IMG/VR virus record: IMGVR_UViG_3300033149_002311
Location: 1-64,000 of that record
Source of the DNA: a virus
Length of the DNA: 64,000 nucleotides
Reading direction: 5' to 3' (one strand)
In this document: positions 21,001 to 34,439 of the stretch, in pieces
How positions within the stretch are numbered: position 1 is the first letter of the stretch
Layout of the letters: the number at the start of each line of letters is the position of its first letter
Notes under the pieces: model-generated
The model's input: only the letters and a program-made list of their open reading frames with translations
The model's database searches: none
What the model was told of the DNA's origin: nothing
Made by a program: the position numbers and the translations under genes

Positions 21001-24000
21001 AACATGCTGGATTGTACTTACTAGATAAATCTATAGAAGAACAAAATAATGAGCGGTAATTGTAAACGTGTGAGAGCATTGGACACTGTAGTTGTGGGCG
21101 CGAAGCAGAAACGTGGTTTCAAGTTAGTTGGGTGCAAAAAGTGTGGGTTACCAGCTGCGGCATATAAATTAATCGATACACGACTGGAATAGGATGATGA
21201 CTGATAAAACATGTTTAACCGATGGTAGTGAAATTACACCTGACCATAAAGAACTTAAAGAAAATGGTCAGCAAAAAGGTTATGTAGTTATCTGCCCAGA
21301 AGATCGCGCTAAGGGTTTTATTCGACCATTACGTAAAAGTTATATTCACAAAAAGTGCGGTGGTGTTACCACAATAGCCTTATCAATAGCTGAAACTTAT
21401 GCTCGCAATCCGAAATTCTATAGTGGTACATTCTGTACAACGTGCAATAATCATTTCCCATTGGATCAGTTTATTTGGGAGGATGGTGAGGCTGTAGGAT
21501 CATGAGTAATTTACCAGCCCCAGTACAGAATAATATGAGATGTATAGTACATAATTGTGAGAACCATGCCCATGAAGGGGCTGGCGTTGTACCGGTTATG
21601 GATGGCACACCTCATTTTATTTGCGGCCCGTGTTACACGTTCTTAATAACCAGTACCGGAATACATAGTCAATTATATAGGAACTCAAATAATGGACAAC
21701 AATGAATTAGATCGACGGGTTGTCGAAGCATTGGAATTAAATTCCTTCTTTATGATGGATGGTTCGATCCATGTTTACATGAAACCTGGAAGTGAGATAA
21801 TATTCAGTCCATCTACTGATAGTAAACAAGCAATAGATTTGCAAGAAAAATATGAAATCAATATCATTTTTATTACCAAAGATAGAATAAGGGCATCGAT
21901 ACCAGTGCTTCGCCCAACAAGTGACGGCCTTAGTAAATGGCGTGATTATATCTATTCAGAGGGATCAAATGTAAGGGAAGCTATTTGCAAAGTTATTGTA
22001 GAGAGGTATAATGAATAAAACACTTAATAATGAGGCTTGGCTTAGGGCTAATGAGGCCGAGATAAAAGAGGTGTTACCGGACACATGGACACATATTGCT
22101 AATTTAAGTATGATCCAAATTGGATTTAAATTAAAATTATTAGGTATTGATTGGCGTTCAGAAGAAGAATTTGGAAGTATAATGGCACGGGAACGTGGGG
22201 CATGAATTTTTCAACGGCAGCAATAAATGATTTTGCCAAAAAAGCCCGTAGGCATGATGGACAGTTCGCCATATATCAAACATTAATATTACTTCTAACT
22301 GAAGGGATAAAATTTAAAATAAATGACGTGGTGAAATTACAAAATTCTTCTCCACCCATAGAGAAGGAAATTATCAATGATTTACGTTTACCCTATCCTA
22401 TTACTATCATGGAGTATACGGCACCCACGGAAGAAGGCCCCCTCATGCACATTATCAATATTGGGGTAGATTCCAATTCTGGTAATCTTGATAGCGATGA
22501 GTTACATAAATTGTTCATGGCAACGGAGGTGGAAGATGGTTTTTCGGTGGTGTCCCTAACTTCGTCGGATGGTAATTGTTGGACATACCCACCAATAATG
22601 TTAAGTGCAGCTTATGATCAGGGTGGGCGCGGTCAATTGCGAGTGATCGCTAATGTATTCAGTGAAGATTTCATTCAAATGGGAATGAAACATTTAGGAT
22701 TGGGCCGGGACGAGACAATTTTACACTGTGGGGAAAAGATTCAACCTGAAATAAGTACGATGTATTGTTTAATGATGATGCTTTCATGCTCGAACATACA
22801 AGAAAATGTATTGTCTCTGTCACCGGTAAAATTAGCCAGAAATAAGAAAATTGAATCGAAGCGCAAAAAGGCCCCCTATTTTGAATACCGTGAGTTAGTA
22901 TTGAAGTTAAATCAAAAGAAACAACGGAGTCTCGATTCTGTTAGAAAGCATAAATCCCCTAAGCAACATACAAGGCGGGGTCATATCAGGCGTCTACAAA
23001 GTGGGGTAAATATATGGATTCATTCGTTTATAGTTGGTGATGCCATTAATGGTGTGATCCAAAAAGACTATAAGGTAATTCTATGAAAGACCATGAAATA
23101 GCTGAATTTGTGAATAGGCTTACTGCTATAGCTAAAGAGCATGGCAATAAGCAGTGTGTCCGTGAGTTAATATCTCAGGAAGTGGTTAAGTCAATAAAGA
23201 AATCCAAGACCGAGATAATGTGGGCTATCAATGGTGTTCACGGTTTGTATATTGGTACTTATCAAACTCGTAGGGATGCTATCAATGATCACGTCCGCGC
23301 CTTATTGGGTGATAAATGCCCAACTATATCACATGGTTGGGCGGCTCGCAAGAAAAATGGTGATGAAGCCGTTAAAGTTGAAATAAAGATAATAAAATGA
23401 CCCCAGTTAAACAAACAATTTCACATGACCCAGCCAATGGCTATTATGGTAATTGCGCCCAAGCATCATACGCTTCTCTTTTTGACCTACCCCTATCACA
23501 AGTACCGCATTTTGCTGAGGGTGCAGATAATACTAAAGAAGGTGGGGTAATATATGAGCGTAATTTATTAAATTGGTTAAGCACGATGGGATATAGTGCT
23601 GTAAGTTTCCAAGTAATACCTGAATATAGGGATTTATGGGTAGATTATATTATCAAAAGAACGGAATACCACCTAATCTCGGGTATGAGTCCAAGATTTC
23701 CAGATACTGGGCACCTTGTGGTTGGTAGAAATGGTGAAATAATACATGACCCACACCCATCAAATGATGGTTTATTACCACCAACTGATGATAACCCTTG
23801 GTATTTTGAGTTAATTGTGAAGAGGCTTTAATATGAGCGAATATAGACTAAAAATTATTAAACCAGAACTAGATTCAGTTATAACAGGGATTCCTTATTG
23901 TGAGAATGGCTTAATAAAAGGGGTGATAGTTCTACAAGAAAAAATAAAATTACCCCGTACCAATAAAATAGTGTGGGAAGACAGACCAATAATATTATAG

Positions 24001-24009
24001 GTATGATTA

Positions 24010-24038
24010 TTGTCAGTGATCCCCACATGTGATATACT
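24010..24038 (+). promoter_or_regulatory. sigma70-type promoter
   Basis: TTGTCA-17-TATACT with TG extension. Confidence 0.8.
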
Positions 24039-24062
24039 ATATATAGAGACTGGGAGAGAGAC

Positions 24063-24752
24063 ATGATACTTGATAAAATACGTAAAATTTTAGCCCGTGC
24101 TGATATCGATCGAAATGATAATGAGCATGAGCGGGAAATAGCACTCCGTCAAGCTAATGCATTATTGGCTAAACACGGCCTTTCAATGGCTGATGTTAAC
24201 GAAAGTAGTGATGAACTTGGTAAGGTGGGTCGTTCATCAGTTAGTGCCGGTCGTAATGTATGGATTGCAGGTGTTTACGATAAGGTGGCCGAGTTAAACC
24301 ATTGCCGGGTTATTCGTTCCACTACCAGCCATGGTCGTCAAGAAATTTGGATTATCGGTCGAAATTTACATGTAAATGTTGTAAAATTAATGGCCGAATA
24401 TCTCATAAAATCAATCAGACGGGAAGCGAAGATAAACAGGTACAACATAGTACAATTCGGCAGTGGTGCGTGGTCTGGTATTAGTCAGCAAGTTAAGCGT
24501 ATCCTTGCTGAAAATGCAAAAGGTAACATCGGTGGTGAAATAGTTGAGCCGGGTAAAGCCATGATTCTAGTTAATCAACATAAACAGTATATATCTGAAG
24601 CTAATAGCGCCATCACTAAATTTTTTGGTGGGTTCACGGAGGGTAAAAATTACCGTTCACGTGCCAGCAGTGATTATGATGCCGGGAAAGCTTATGGATC
24701 ATCTGTGAATCTTAATAAATCAATCAATAGTAATAAACAGAGATTAAATTAA
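24063..24752 (+). CDS. DUF2786-domain protein
   Basis: ILDKIRKILARA...EHEREIALRQANALLAKHGL N-terminus. Confidence 0.8.
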   Translation: MILDKIRKILARADIDRNDNEHEREIALRQANALLAKHGLSMADVNESSDELGKVGRSSVSAGRNVWIAGVYDKVAELNHCRVIRSTTSHGRQEIWIIGRNLHVNVVKLMAEYLIKSIRREAKINRYNIVQFGSGAWSGISQQVKRILAENAKGNIGGEIVEPGKAMILVNQHKQYISEANSAITKFFGGFTEGKNYRSRASSDYDAGKAYGSSVNLNKSINSNKQRLN

Positions 24753-25297
24753 TGATTAATCACGGGATAAAAAGTGCTAAGGCTCAAGGTCTTATCAATT
24801 ATGCTTGCCAGTATGCTGAAGAAGCGCACGGTGATCAAAAACGTAAGTATACGGGTGAACCTTATATCGTTCACCCAGTGGCCGTGGCTCAAATCGTATC
24901 TACCGTTACTGATGGTTGTGAATTAATAAGTGCTGCATTTTTACATGATGTTATTGAAGATACAGATAGAACTTATGATGACATTAAGAATGCCGGTTTT
25001 GGTGCGGGCATCGCTAATCTTGTATTGGAATTAACGGATATATCGAGGCCAGAAGACGGTAATCGCGCAACGCGTAAAGCTATTGACCGTATGCATTTGG
25101 CATCAGTATCATCACATGCCCAGACCATTAAATTAGCCGACTTAATTCACAACACGGAAAGCATATGTGAGTATGATCCAGGGTTTGCCAGAATTTACAT
25201 GCATGAAAAATTGCAATTATTGGGGATATTGACCCGTGGTGATGAAATGCTGTATAAGCAAGCATTGAATTTAGTTGAGGATTTCCATAGAATATGA
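24752..25297 (+). CDS. HD-domain (p)ppGpp hydrolase-like protein (SpoT/Mesh1 small alarmone hydrolase type)
   Basis: AHGDQKRKYTGEPYIVHP, LHDVIED and IKLADLIHN. Confidence 0.85.
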   Translation: MINHGIKSAKAQGLINYACQYAEEAHGDQKRKYTGEPYIVHPVAVAQIVSTVTDGCELISAAFLHDVIEDTDRTYDDIKNAGFGAGIANLVLELTDISRPEDGNRATRKAIDRMHLASVSSHAQTIKLADLIHNTESICEYDPGFARIYMHEKLQLLGILTRGDEMLYKQALNLVEDFHRI

Positions 25298-25509
25298 TTA
25301 ATGCATTTATCAATGCATTTAAAGTATTCCATAGGGTTGTGCTTTCATGCACAGCAGTGGAAGAAACGCGGACACCCGTAAATATCCGCGTAATTATAGA
25401 AAAATACAAATGGCCAATACTGCCTTGGGGGTCCTTGCCTCCCCCTGACACTTAGCTAGGGTAACGGGAACGGGGAAAAATTAAGAGAGAATTAGAGGGA
25501 AGTGTAATA

Positions 25510-28500
25510 ATGGAAATTGATAAAGTTTATAGAATCGATCATTCCCGTAAGGGTATTTTTATACTAAAAATCACCAGTCAGGATGACACATGGACTACTG
25601 GTGTGATTGTTGAAGGTAAGACCACCACCCTCAACCCAGCTAATTCATGCGGGGAAGGTGAAAAGGTGACTCTGCGTACTGCATTCATTCGGTCTGCCAA
25701 AGAAATAGGGCTTAAAGATCATGGCTAGTGTTAATGGACTGTCCGCTGGTTATGTGCCAGAGACCCCACCAGAACCGCCCAAGAAAAAGCGGAAACGTAA
25801 AAAGGCATTAGGGGGGCATACCTGCGAGGCTTGTGGTGAGGACTACACAGCCAAGGTATCTGTATTTTATACCCCTGATGAGCATGGTACTTATTGTCTG
25901 GGCTGTATGGCTTTCTTTGGGATGGGACAATGGGGAGCGGGTTGCACCAATGTTGATCCCAAGACCACAATCAAGAAGTTGGCTGAGATCAAGGAGGCCC
26001 AGTGGGCGATCATGTTGGCCAGTCGAAGGTTCGGCGGGGCCGTGTACAACACAATTGAATTGGGCTTTGGTGATGTGTTTAAGGTTACTAGAGTGGGGGG
26101 TAAATCGGGAGGTCCGAAGTGTACTTTGAAAGAAGCACATTCCCGCTTTAGCATTGATGTGGCTGTAGGGGAAGAGCGAGTTACCCTGTACCCACATGAA
26201 GTAGCAGCGATGCCCTTTTTGGATATACTGCAATTGAAAAATGGGGGGCTGTACGAAGAGAGTTTTGTGACCCCGGAAGACCAGGGGTATTTTAACCCCA
26301 CTAAAAAAGGAAAGGCTGAGATTATCGATACCTTTGGAGATAGATAATGAATAAGCATAAGGACTGTAAAAGAGGTTTCATCCAACTCTCAAGAGCTTGG
26401 TACGCAGATGCGTGTTTAAAGGGTATTGATGATATAACGATCGGTTTCTACCACCCGGAAGGTGGGACAACTGGGGAATTTTCGATTAAATGGGAAAAAC
26501 TAGGTGGTAAGGTGGTACCTAAACTCACTGCATTCGATGATGCTTGGGATGCTTTATTAAATTTTAAGGACTTACTGGAATTGATGGCTACTGTTGATAG
26601 TCAAAACATCACACCGAACGAATTCTGTATATTGTTAAGGTCTCTTGGCATTGAAGATAGAACGAAGGAAATAAGAAATTGAAAGGTATAATTATCACTA
26701 TATTACTAACAGCGTTTATTATTTGGTTATTCGAATCAGATATAGCATATATGGGGTGATCAATGGACGTTAATGAAATATTGATAGCGCGAAAACAACT
26801 GAATAAGGATATATGGGTATTGCTTAATGATTTTGAAAAAACAACTGGCATGGAAGTTAGTTGTGTGGATTTAACAAAGCATAAAGTTAAATTTGGGAGA
26901 GAAATTGTTGGGGGCGTGGGCGTGGAATTACAGTTATCTATTTATTTAAACCCAATACCTGATGACTCATTTAATAGGTAGTGGTTATCAGCAGCCCATG
27001 TCCGTGGTATACTATATAGAGGAGCGTATATGACTGATATCACAGATATCGATATTGGTAAATCCAACGAGCGTCTTGCTGCAGTTGAAGCTATGAGGCG
27101 TGATTATAATGCAATTGTTGAACAAGTTAAGATAGTAGCTAAGATTAGAAAGGCCAGTTTTGATGCCCACATCGAAGAGGGGTTTACGCCGGGACAGGCA
27201 TTAAGATTATGTCAATCAATGACAATATAAGGGGAGTGAAATGAATACAGAAAATATGATTAATGTAACACACCTAGACACACGTAAGTTGATTAAAAGT
27301 GTATATGAGATAAGTGTACCTGTAGGTATGGGGTTTCTTCAGGCAGTTGGTGGTAGTCTAAGTGACGAGGATACCGACGCGATCATCGCAGATGGTGGTA
27401 CAAGATTTTTTAATGGTCAGCGTTGTATCGTGTCGATGGATTATATCTATGGTCGTCAATGTAAATTTGGAATTTTTGAAGATGAACAAGGTGAACGTTG
27501 GATTAGAAATGAATGGTATGACCATACACCCACTCAACTTGAAAAATTACTGGAAATGGCGGCATCATGAACGCTAATATCGAGAAGATGCGAGAACTGG
27601 CCGAAGAAGATTTATCCAATCTGTCAAAAATAACCACGATTGAAGAATTAGGCGATTATATGAATTCATTAACTGATGATTTTATGTTAGTTATGAATGA
27701 AATTACCAACGGTGGGAAGATTAGCATCAGAATAATCGGCATGATATCTGATATCATGATACAATATAAATTCTTCTTTGAGGCATATTCTGAAAACAAA
27801 TCAGTGATCGAAATGGTCAGTGTGATAATGGCCAATAGACGTAAATTTCTAGAAGACGTATTCAAGGTGATGGAGGAGGATGCCAATGGGGTGTAATATG
27901 GAAAGCGTTATTCGGATAGATTATCAAATAAAAGAGTTGTAAGAGAAGAGGCAATTAATTATCGAGAAGGTTATTGATAAGTATTGCCCAGTGAAAATAG
28001 GTGACGTAGTTATAGTTAATGGTTATTCGTATGGAGGTAAAAGGATGGATATTGAGGTAGCAGCGGCTAAAACAAAGAGCCTTATTTATTCAAGGAGAGG
28101 GTCAGAAGCATTTGAAGTCTTTGAAAATTTCCCGCGCAAAAAATCCGCCCTCCTTCATGTGATGATATTACTGGATGCAGTTGAATCTGGGCAAAAGGTA
28201 GTGGGGGAAAAAGCTAACCGTTGGCTCGGGTGGTCGCAATGTGCTGCATATAATTCTGGTGTAGTTACTTTAGATGAAATGAAGCAAATTAATAATGAGG
28301 CATAGTATGTATATAACATATGATTGTTATTTTGAATTCAATGGAACAAAGACAGTTGTAAAGTCTAATAGGGGGATCAGTACCTTTAAAGACGGATTTT
28401 GGGTTACTGATTTACTTCAATTGTCGCAGAAATCATTAGATAATATATATTGGATACCACCCTCCAGAATATTACACATTACAAAAGTAAATGAACATTA

Positions 28501-29961
28501 AAATCGAATTACTTGATAGGGATGGTAACGTTCTTGCTACAACGGAAACGCCTAGTAATCATAAGCCCGTTGGGATGTATATTAATGGGGCTGCTAAAAT
28601 TTATCGCGCTCGATATACACTCGAAGGTTGCGTATCATATGGGTTAATAGAGCCTGAAACATTGGCCCGTGGTTATATAACCATTCACCCAGGACCAAAG
28701 GGATTTTTAGAATTCAATGAATCGCGATGAATTAATGAAATTATCCGCGGATAAGGCCCTTAAGGAGTTAGATTGGGATAGTATAGAATATTTATTTAAA
28801 CCAAGAAACATGGGTGCTCTGTTGTTGCGCCTTGATTTCGAAGGGTTTAAAAATAAAGTGTATGAGGCATTCGTTGATGATTCACCGACTGCCATGCCAC
28901 ACCGATTTAGAGGGCAATATTGGCCAGCATGGCATTCAGCGATCGAAGTAGAAGAATTCTACAGGGTAATTAAAGCTAAGCATGATGAATTATTGGGTCA
29001 TTGATAAACGCGATTTGAGCATTACCGGTCCGGTTAAATCCGTAGATCATGTTTCGAATATGGATTTTCACTTGGTAGTAATCACGAATTGGTATGATGT
29101 AAAAGCACAATTTACACCCACCCAAAAAGAAGATTTATTTGAAAAACTAAAAAATTCACGTAAATATCCCATGTGCATCGACCAAGCGATATTTTGGGCT
29201 CTACCGGGGAACAAGAAACCGAAAGCGATAAGGAGAGCCCCCACGACGACCGACAGTGCCACACTGGACGAGGTATATCGGCAGGCAGCGGGAGTCCTAG
29301 GAGAGCCAGAGAAGGCTCTCCGGGATAGATATGCACACCTAGGTGCTGGTCTACAGTCCATGAACCTCAGGAATAGGATGAGAAAGTATGATTAATGATT
29401 GGATTAATGGTGGTATCGAACTGGTTGGTGCATATTTCACGTGGATGAATGCTTGGGTATTATATAAAGATCGGGAAATAAAAGGTATATACTGGCCCGC
29501 TATGGCTTTTTTTGCATTTTGGGGCTTATGGAATCTTTATTATTACCCCAGCTTAGATCAGTGGGTGAGTTTCGCAGCAGGAATCGTATTAGTAGCAGGT
29601 AATTTAACTTGGGTAGTGATGGCTATTAATATTAAATATGGAATGTATGATTATATTTGGTGGCATTGGATTATAAAGGGTAATTTTTGGCATAAAAGGA
29701 TGAATTCCGCTTATTGGTACAATAGAACTAAAAATATAGATTCAGCGATAAGTTTATGTCAACAAAATCGTGATCGATATGAAAGATGTGAGGTTAAATA
29801 CGGCTGATATAACAATGGAAGATATGATCAAGCAGATTGCTAAAGGTAATAATATCGATCTAGATGTGGAAGCTATTAATACTATTAGGCGGTTGCGAAA
29901 TGAAGGTGATACCCATGCTGCTAATGTTATTGAAAGATTGCTTATGGAGTTAAAGAAATGA
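25510..29961 (+). other. Cluster of hypothetical genes (includes 25721-26347, 28982-29395 and membrane protein 29388-29807)
   Basis: Packed + strand ORFs. Confidence 0.7.
26985..27013 (+). promoter_or_regulatory. sigma70-type promoter
   Basis: TTATCA-17-TATACT followed by AGAGGAG. Confidence 0.7.
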
Positions 29962-30350
29962 TTTCAGCCTTAATGTGCCTAGCACTTAATATTTATTTTG
30001 AAGCGGCAGTTGAATCAATCCCCGGTAAATGGGCAGTCGGTCAAGTAGTTATTAATAGAGTTGAAAGTAGACGATACCCCGATACTATTTGTAAAGTTAT
30101 TAAACAATACAAACAGTTTTCGTGGTATTGGGATGGTAAGTCAGATAAACCAGATAAAAAATCAAAAGCTTGGAAGGATTCGTATAAAGTGGCTGAGATA
30201 TTGATATATAACCGGTATAATGACATCCACGATTTTTCTGAAGGGGCTAGTCATTATTATAACCCAAATATAGCTAGCCCTAATTGGCAAAATTCAGGAA
30301 AATTGACAACTGTTATAGGTAATCACGTTTTTAGAAGATTAAAATTATAA
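29958..30350 (+). CDS. Cell wall hydrolase (SleB/Hydrolase_2 family)
   Basis: CLALNIYFEA, VVINRV, YPDTICKVI, QFSW and IGNHVF. Confidence 0.92.
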   Translation: MISALMCLALNIYFEAAVESIPGKWAVGQVVINRVESRRYPDTICKVIKQYKQFSWYWDGKSDKPDKKSKAWKDSYKVAEILIYNRYNDIHDFSEGASHYYNPNIASPNWQNSGKLTTVIGNHVFRRLKL

Positions 30351-30359
30351 TCACACCCA

Positions 30360-30388
30360 TTGTCAGCGACATGTGGATGTGGTATACT
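30360..30388 (+). promoter_or_regulatory. sigma70-type promoter
   Basis: TTGTCA-17-TATACT. Confidence 0.8.
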
Positions 30389-31429
30389 AGCTTATAGGAG
30401 AGAGTGAGTATGGGAACTAATTATTACGTAGAAGCAGAAATTGGTGATGCATGCCCGGTGTGCAAACACCGTAAAGAAATTGAGAAAGAATTACATATTG
30501 GTAAGTCATCCAGGGGGTGGTGTTTCGCCCTGCACTCGATTCCCGAACTAGGTTTAACCAACTGGCATAATTGGCAAGTTTTTCTTAAAGATAAATCCAT
30601 TAAAAATGAATATAGAGAACAAATAACTCTCGATGAACTTTCAGATATCGTACTTAACAGAAGCCGCACTCCGTGTTGGGATCACCCACCACTTGCATAC
30701 ACTAGTTGGGAAAAATTCCATGAGTTAAATCATTCCATGGAAGGGCCGAATGGTATGATCCGTAGTGCGAGGAATGATGGCCACGGTGGTGATGAGCCTT
30801 GGGACTTATATGAGAATGAGTTTTGCTAATGAACAGACGCACCTTTTTAAAGTTGGTTGCTGGAGCTATCATTACTCCTTATGTCGTGCAAGCGAACATA
30901 CCGGAATATAAATCGGGGCCAGATGGTTATCTGAAAGTCTATATTAAAACTAGTGATGGTGAGTTTGTTTACGAAGCCCCTTATACAATGGAAATTAAAG
31001 AGAATGTAATAAAATTATTATCTATTGAAGATTTGGTTATACACCCCAAAAAAGAAATCTATGTTAGAAGCATATCGGTGTCCATCCCTGATGATTTCAA
31101 GCCATACACTCATAGGAAAAAATTATTACTATGGGACGGATTTACACCAGTATCGGCAGATAGTAGTCTAACTATAGAGTGGGAAACTAATGGTATCATG
31201 GAGATCGCAATATAGTGGCTAGTAAAGTCATAGATAAGATGGATGCTAATTTGGCAGAATTGATGTCTTGGGTCCCAGATGAATTACATCAAGCATTAAA
31301 GCAGGCATACGTGCTGGGGGCAAGAGAAGTTTATAAAAGCACAATAAATATGCAGACCCTTTATGAAGAGTATGATAATATGCTGAAAGGTAAATATCTG
31401 TGGGATAAGAAAGATTCGACGTAGAGTGG

Positions 31430-31458
31430 TTGTATAGTACATATGACTGTGATATACT
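31430..31458 (+). promoter_or_regulatory. sigma70-type promoter
   Basis: TTGTAT-17-TATACT followed by AGAGGAGAG. Confidence 0.75.
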
Positions 31459-31631
31459 ATATATAGAGGAGAGATTAATCATGAAGAAAGAAGCAACGCA
31501 TTTTCGAAAAGGTAAGACGATCCGTGGTCCTGAAGGTGATAAAACGTACCGATACCACAATGAAGCTAAACGTGCATCACGCGCCATCCAAAAGAGTGGT
31601 GGGATTTTACGTAATGTAGAGAAGTTCCCTA

Positions 31632-31886
31632 ATGTCGGTTAATATTATAAAATCGAATGGTGATCATGAAGCCAAAAAGTTTATCAACGTACCGACACTA
31701 CAGGAATTACAGGAATTAATCGGGGGTTATATTAAAATAATTTGTTTAGGTGGCAATAGACAAATGATTGTTGATGAAGATGGTTTACTTAAGGGTAAAC
31801 TAGCCAATCAGGAAGCATCTGCACTAGCAAAGCGTTTAATTGTCGGGGATATAGTTATTCTCGAGGGAAGTCATAGAATATTATGA
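31632..31886 (+). CDS. DUF3846-like protein
   Basis: TLQELQELIGGYI...IVDEDGLLKG..N..AS...IVGDIVI. Confidence 0.7.
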   Translation: MSVNIIKSNGDHEAKKFINVPTLQELQELIGGYIKIICLGGNRQMIVDEDGLLKGKLANQEASALAKRLIVGDIVILEGSHRIL

Positions 31887-32627
31887 ATCAGATGCAATTA
31901 CGAAGAGAGCGAGATGTAGTATTCATTGCATTAGAGAAAAAATCCCGGAATGGTGTAACCGTTAAAGATTTAATGGAAAGTAACTCTGAATTATTCAATA
32001 ACACCACCAACACCAGAGATTACATTAGAAATTTACGTAACAGGTGTGACTCGGTACAAGTAAGGATTCATCACAGTATAACGCATTATCATATAGCACC
32101 GAATTTATATGATATGTTTCATTTTAAACGGGAGAAAAGAGTATGAATTTGCACGATTTGGTATCAACACCACGTGGTAAAGGTAGAATAATAGCTTTAA
32201 GTGTCGATAAACGGGCTATCAGGGTCCGACATCCGGGTGCACGTGGTTATCGCGAATACCCAATGTCGGATGTAAGTGTGGTGCATAAAGCCAAGAAAAA
32301 AGACAAGTCTTGGAAGTTTAAGGTAATGAACAGTAGTGCCATTGATTGGGATTTGGTTATCGAAGACTTAAATCGTGACAATCCGATACAGTTGATCACA
32401 ATGAATGAACAGCGGTACGTGGCTGTGCACCATACTCTATTTATGAAAGCCGATGATATCGATATGACGTTGCCTGCAGGTTTGACATCCATTGAATTGA
32501 AGGGTGCTACTATTTTTATTACTCCCGGCCATTTCTCGGCATGGGTGGACTGGGCTAGAAAAGTGAAGTCTGCTAAATGGGTGAATCGCAACCCATGTAC
32601 TGTTGAAATTTCAATGCCAAGTATCTA

Positions 32628-33218
32628 ATGGAGATCGATAATTTCTTAAGTTTTATTGACAGGGGTGAAATCCCACCAAAACCACCGGGGTGCACCATGA
32701 TGGGGCGACAAGGGTTGGATATCGGTTTTGATGGTCGATCTGAATGCATAAAGCGTGGGATGTGGGCTATTGTTGAAAGACAGTGGGTGAGGAAGTTAGC
32801 CGAATGGATCGATGGCCGTAATTGTCTTGAAGTAATGGCTGGGGCCGGTTGGTTAGCAAAAGCCTTAGATGATGAAGGGGTGGGTATAATTGCTACTGAT
32901 GATTATTCGTGGGATGGGAATCAACATCCTGTGAATATGACTAGGGTGCACCCAGTACAGTGCACCCCGGCCATCGACGTGGTGGCATCCCCCGAGCCCG
33001 ACGTGCTCATCATCTCATGGCCCCCCTATGGCAGTAGCGATATTATCGACATATGCTCCCGATGGGGTCCTGATCGCCCGATAGTATATATCGGGGAAGA
33101 GGGCGGGTGTAATGCGCCCGAGGAATTTTTTGATAATTTTGAGATAACGGGTCCGGACATTCATCTACCGCAATGGTACGGTCTGCATGATCAAATTATG
33201 ATAGGGCATTATAAATGA
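32628..33218 (+). CDS. Class I SAM-dependent methyltransferase-like protein
   Basis: LEVMAGAGW SAM-binding motif and SWPPY. Confidence 0.7.
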   Translation: MEIDNFLSFIDRGEIPPKPPGCTMMGRQGLDIGFDGRSECIKRGMWAIVERQWVRKLAEWIDGRNCLEVMAGAGWLAKALDDEGVGIIATDDYSWDGNQHPVNMTRVHPVQCTPAIDVVASPEPDVLIISWPPYGSSDIIDICSRWGPDRPIVYIGEEGGCNAPEEFFDNFEITGPDIHLPQWYGLHDQIMIGHYK

Positions 33219-33374
33219 ATGATCAGGAATTTGACCGTATTATTGCTAAGGTTGATGAAAGTCTTAACGAAGAAAATCAAGCTAGATTCAGGGCCATGGA
33301 CCGAGAAGTGCAAAAAATAGTAGTGTGGGATATGTTAGACCATAAAATTATTGATTTTAATGTGGGGCATTGAA

Positions 33375-34439
33375 ATGTTAAGTAAATCATATGAATTATC
33401 GCTGTCAAAGAACTACGTCAATCATTGGGGTATGGTGGAGGGTGTGCGTGAATTGTTGCAGAATGCCATTGATAGTGACTCACCGTTTGAGTGGGAACTT
33501 GATGATGGTAAGTTGTTATTACACTCCCGATTCAGTAAGTTAGAGCCAAGAACGTTATTACTCGGTTCATCATCTAAAACGGATGACCCTGATTCTATCG
33601 GTAATTTCGGTGAGGGTTATAAGATCGCTATGTTAGTATTAACCCGGTTGGGTTATGATATGAAGATATATAATGGTCGAAACACTTGGGTACCAGAATT
33701 CCGCTTTAATCGCAAGTATGAGTCTGATATGTTATATGTGGTTTCATCATCCGCCAGTGTTATTAATGAAGGCGTAACGTTTGAAGTATCGGGTCTGTCC
33801 GATTTTGATATAGACCAGATAAAAGATATGTGCCTACATCTGCAAGACGACATCGGTGAGATTAAACAGACCAATTATGGTAGGATTTTAATCAATAAAC
33901 CGGGGCGTTTATATGTTGGTGGTTTGTTCATCTGTAACACTGAATTAAAATATGGATATGACATCGATCCGAAGCATATCACACTGGAACGAGATCGCCA
34001 AACAGTTAGCAACTGGGATTTACAAAAACTTACCACTAAGATGTGGTTTGAAACCAGTGATATGGACTTAGTAGTAAGCCTGATTGAGGCCAATTTAGAT
34101 GATGTAGGTTATGCTGATTGGGGCACACCTGAAGTAATAAAGGATGCCTGTTATAGGCATTTTAGAGCCAAGTGTCCCGAGGAAGTTATAGCTAAGGATC
34201 AGGCAGAACTTGAAGCCTTAGTGGAAAGAGGTATGAAGGTATATGTATCCAGTGGTTATTATGGGAATATAGTTAAGAGTACCTCTGCATATCGGGCCGA
34301 TGTTAAGGGTTATAAGTTAAACATCAGCATCAATCAGGAAATGGAAGAATGGTTTAAAAAGAATAGACGATATATGCGGCGACATGCTATAGTGGCTTTT
34401 AAGAAATTATTGCTGGAGTCTAAGAAATGGAAACGATAG
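33375..34439 (+). CDS. GHKL (HATPase/HSP90-like) ATPase
   Basis: RELLQNAIDS and SIGNFGEGYK motifs. Confidence 0.8.
   Translation: MLSKSYELSLSKNYVNHWGMVEGVRELLQNAIDSDSPFEWELDDGKLLLHSRFSKLEPRTLLLGSSSKTDDPDSIGNFGEGYKIAMLVLTRLGYDMKIYNGRNTWVPEFRFNRKYESDMLYVVSSSASVINEGVTFEVSGLSDFDIDQIKDMCLHLQDDIGEIKQTNYGRILINKPGRLYVGGLFICNTELKYGYDIDPKHITLERDRQTVSNWDLQKLTTKMWFETSDMDLVVSLIEANLDDVGYADWGTPEVIKDACYRHFRAKCPEEVIAKDQAELEALVERGMKVYVSSGYYGNIVKSTSAYRADVKGYKLNISINQEMEEWFKKNRRYMRRHAIVAFKKLLLESKKWKR

Larger units (their letters stand above)
14200..24000 (+). other. Long run of small hypothetical early genes (includes 15438-16118, DUF551-like 18298-18513, 20459-20824, 20814-21059, 21194-21505, 22202-23086, 23397-23831)
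   Basis: Overlapping start/stop junctions (ATGA, TAATG) throughout; 18298 begins YPIETAPKDG; 22202 ends in an SPKQHTRRGHIRR motif. Confidence 0.7.
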
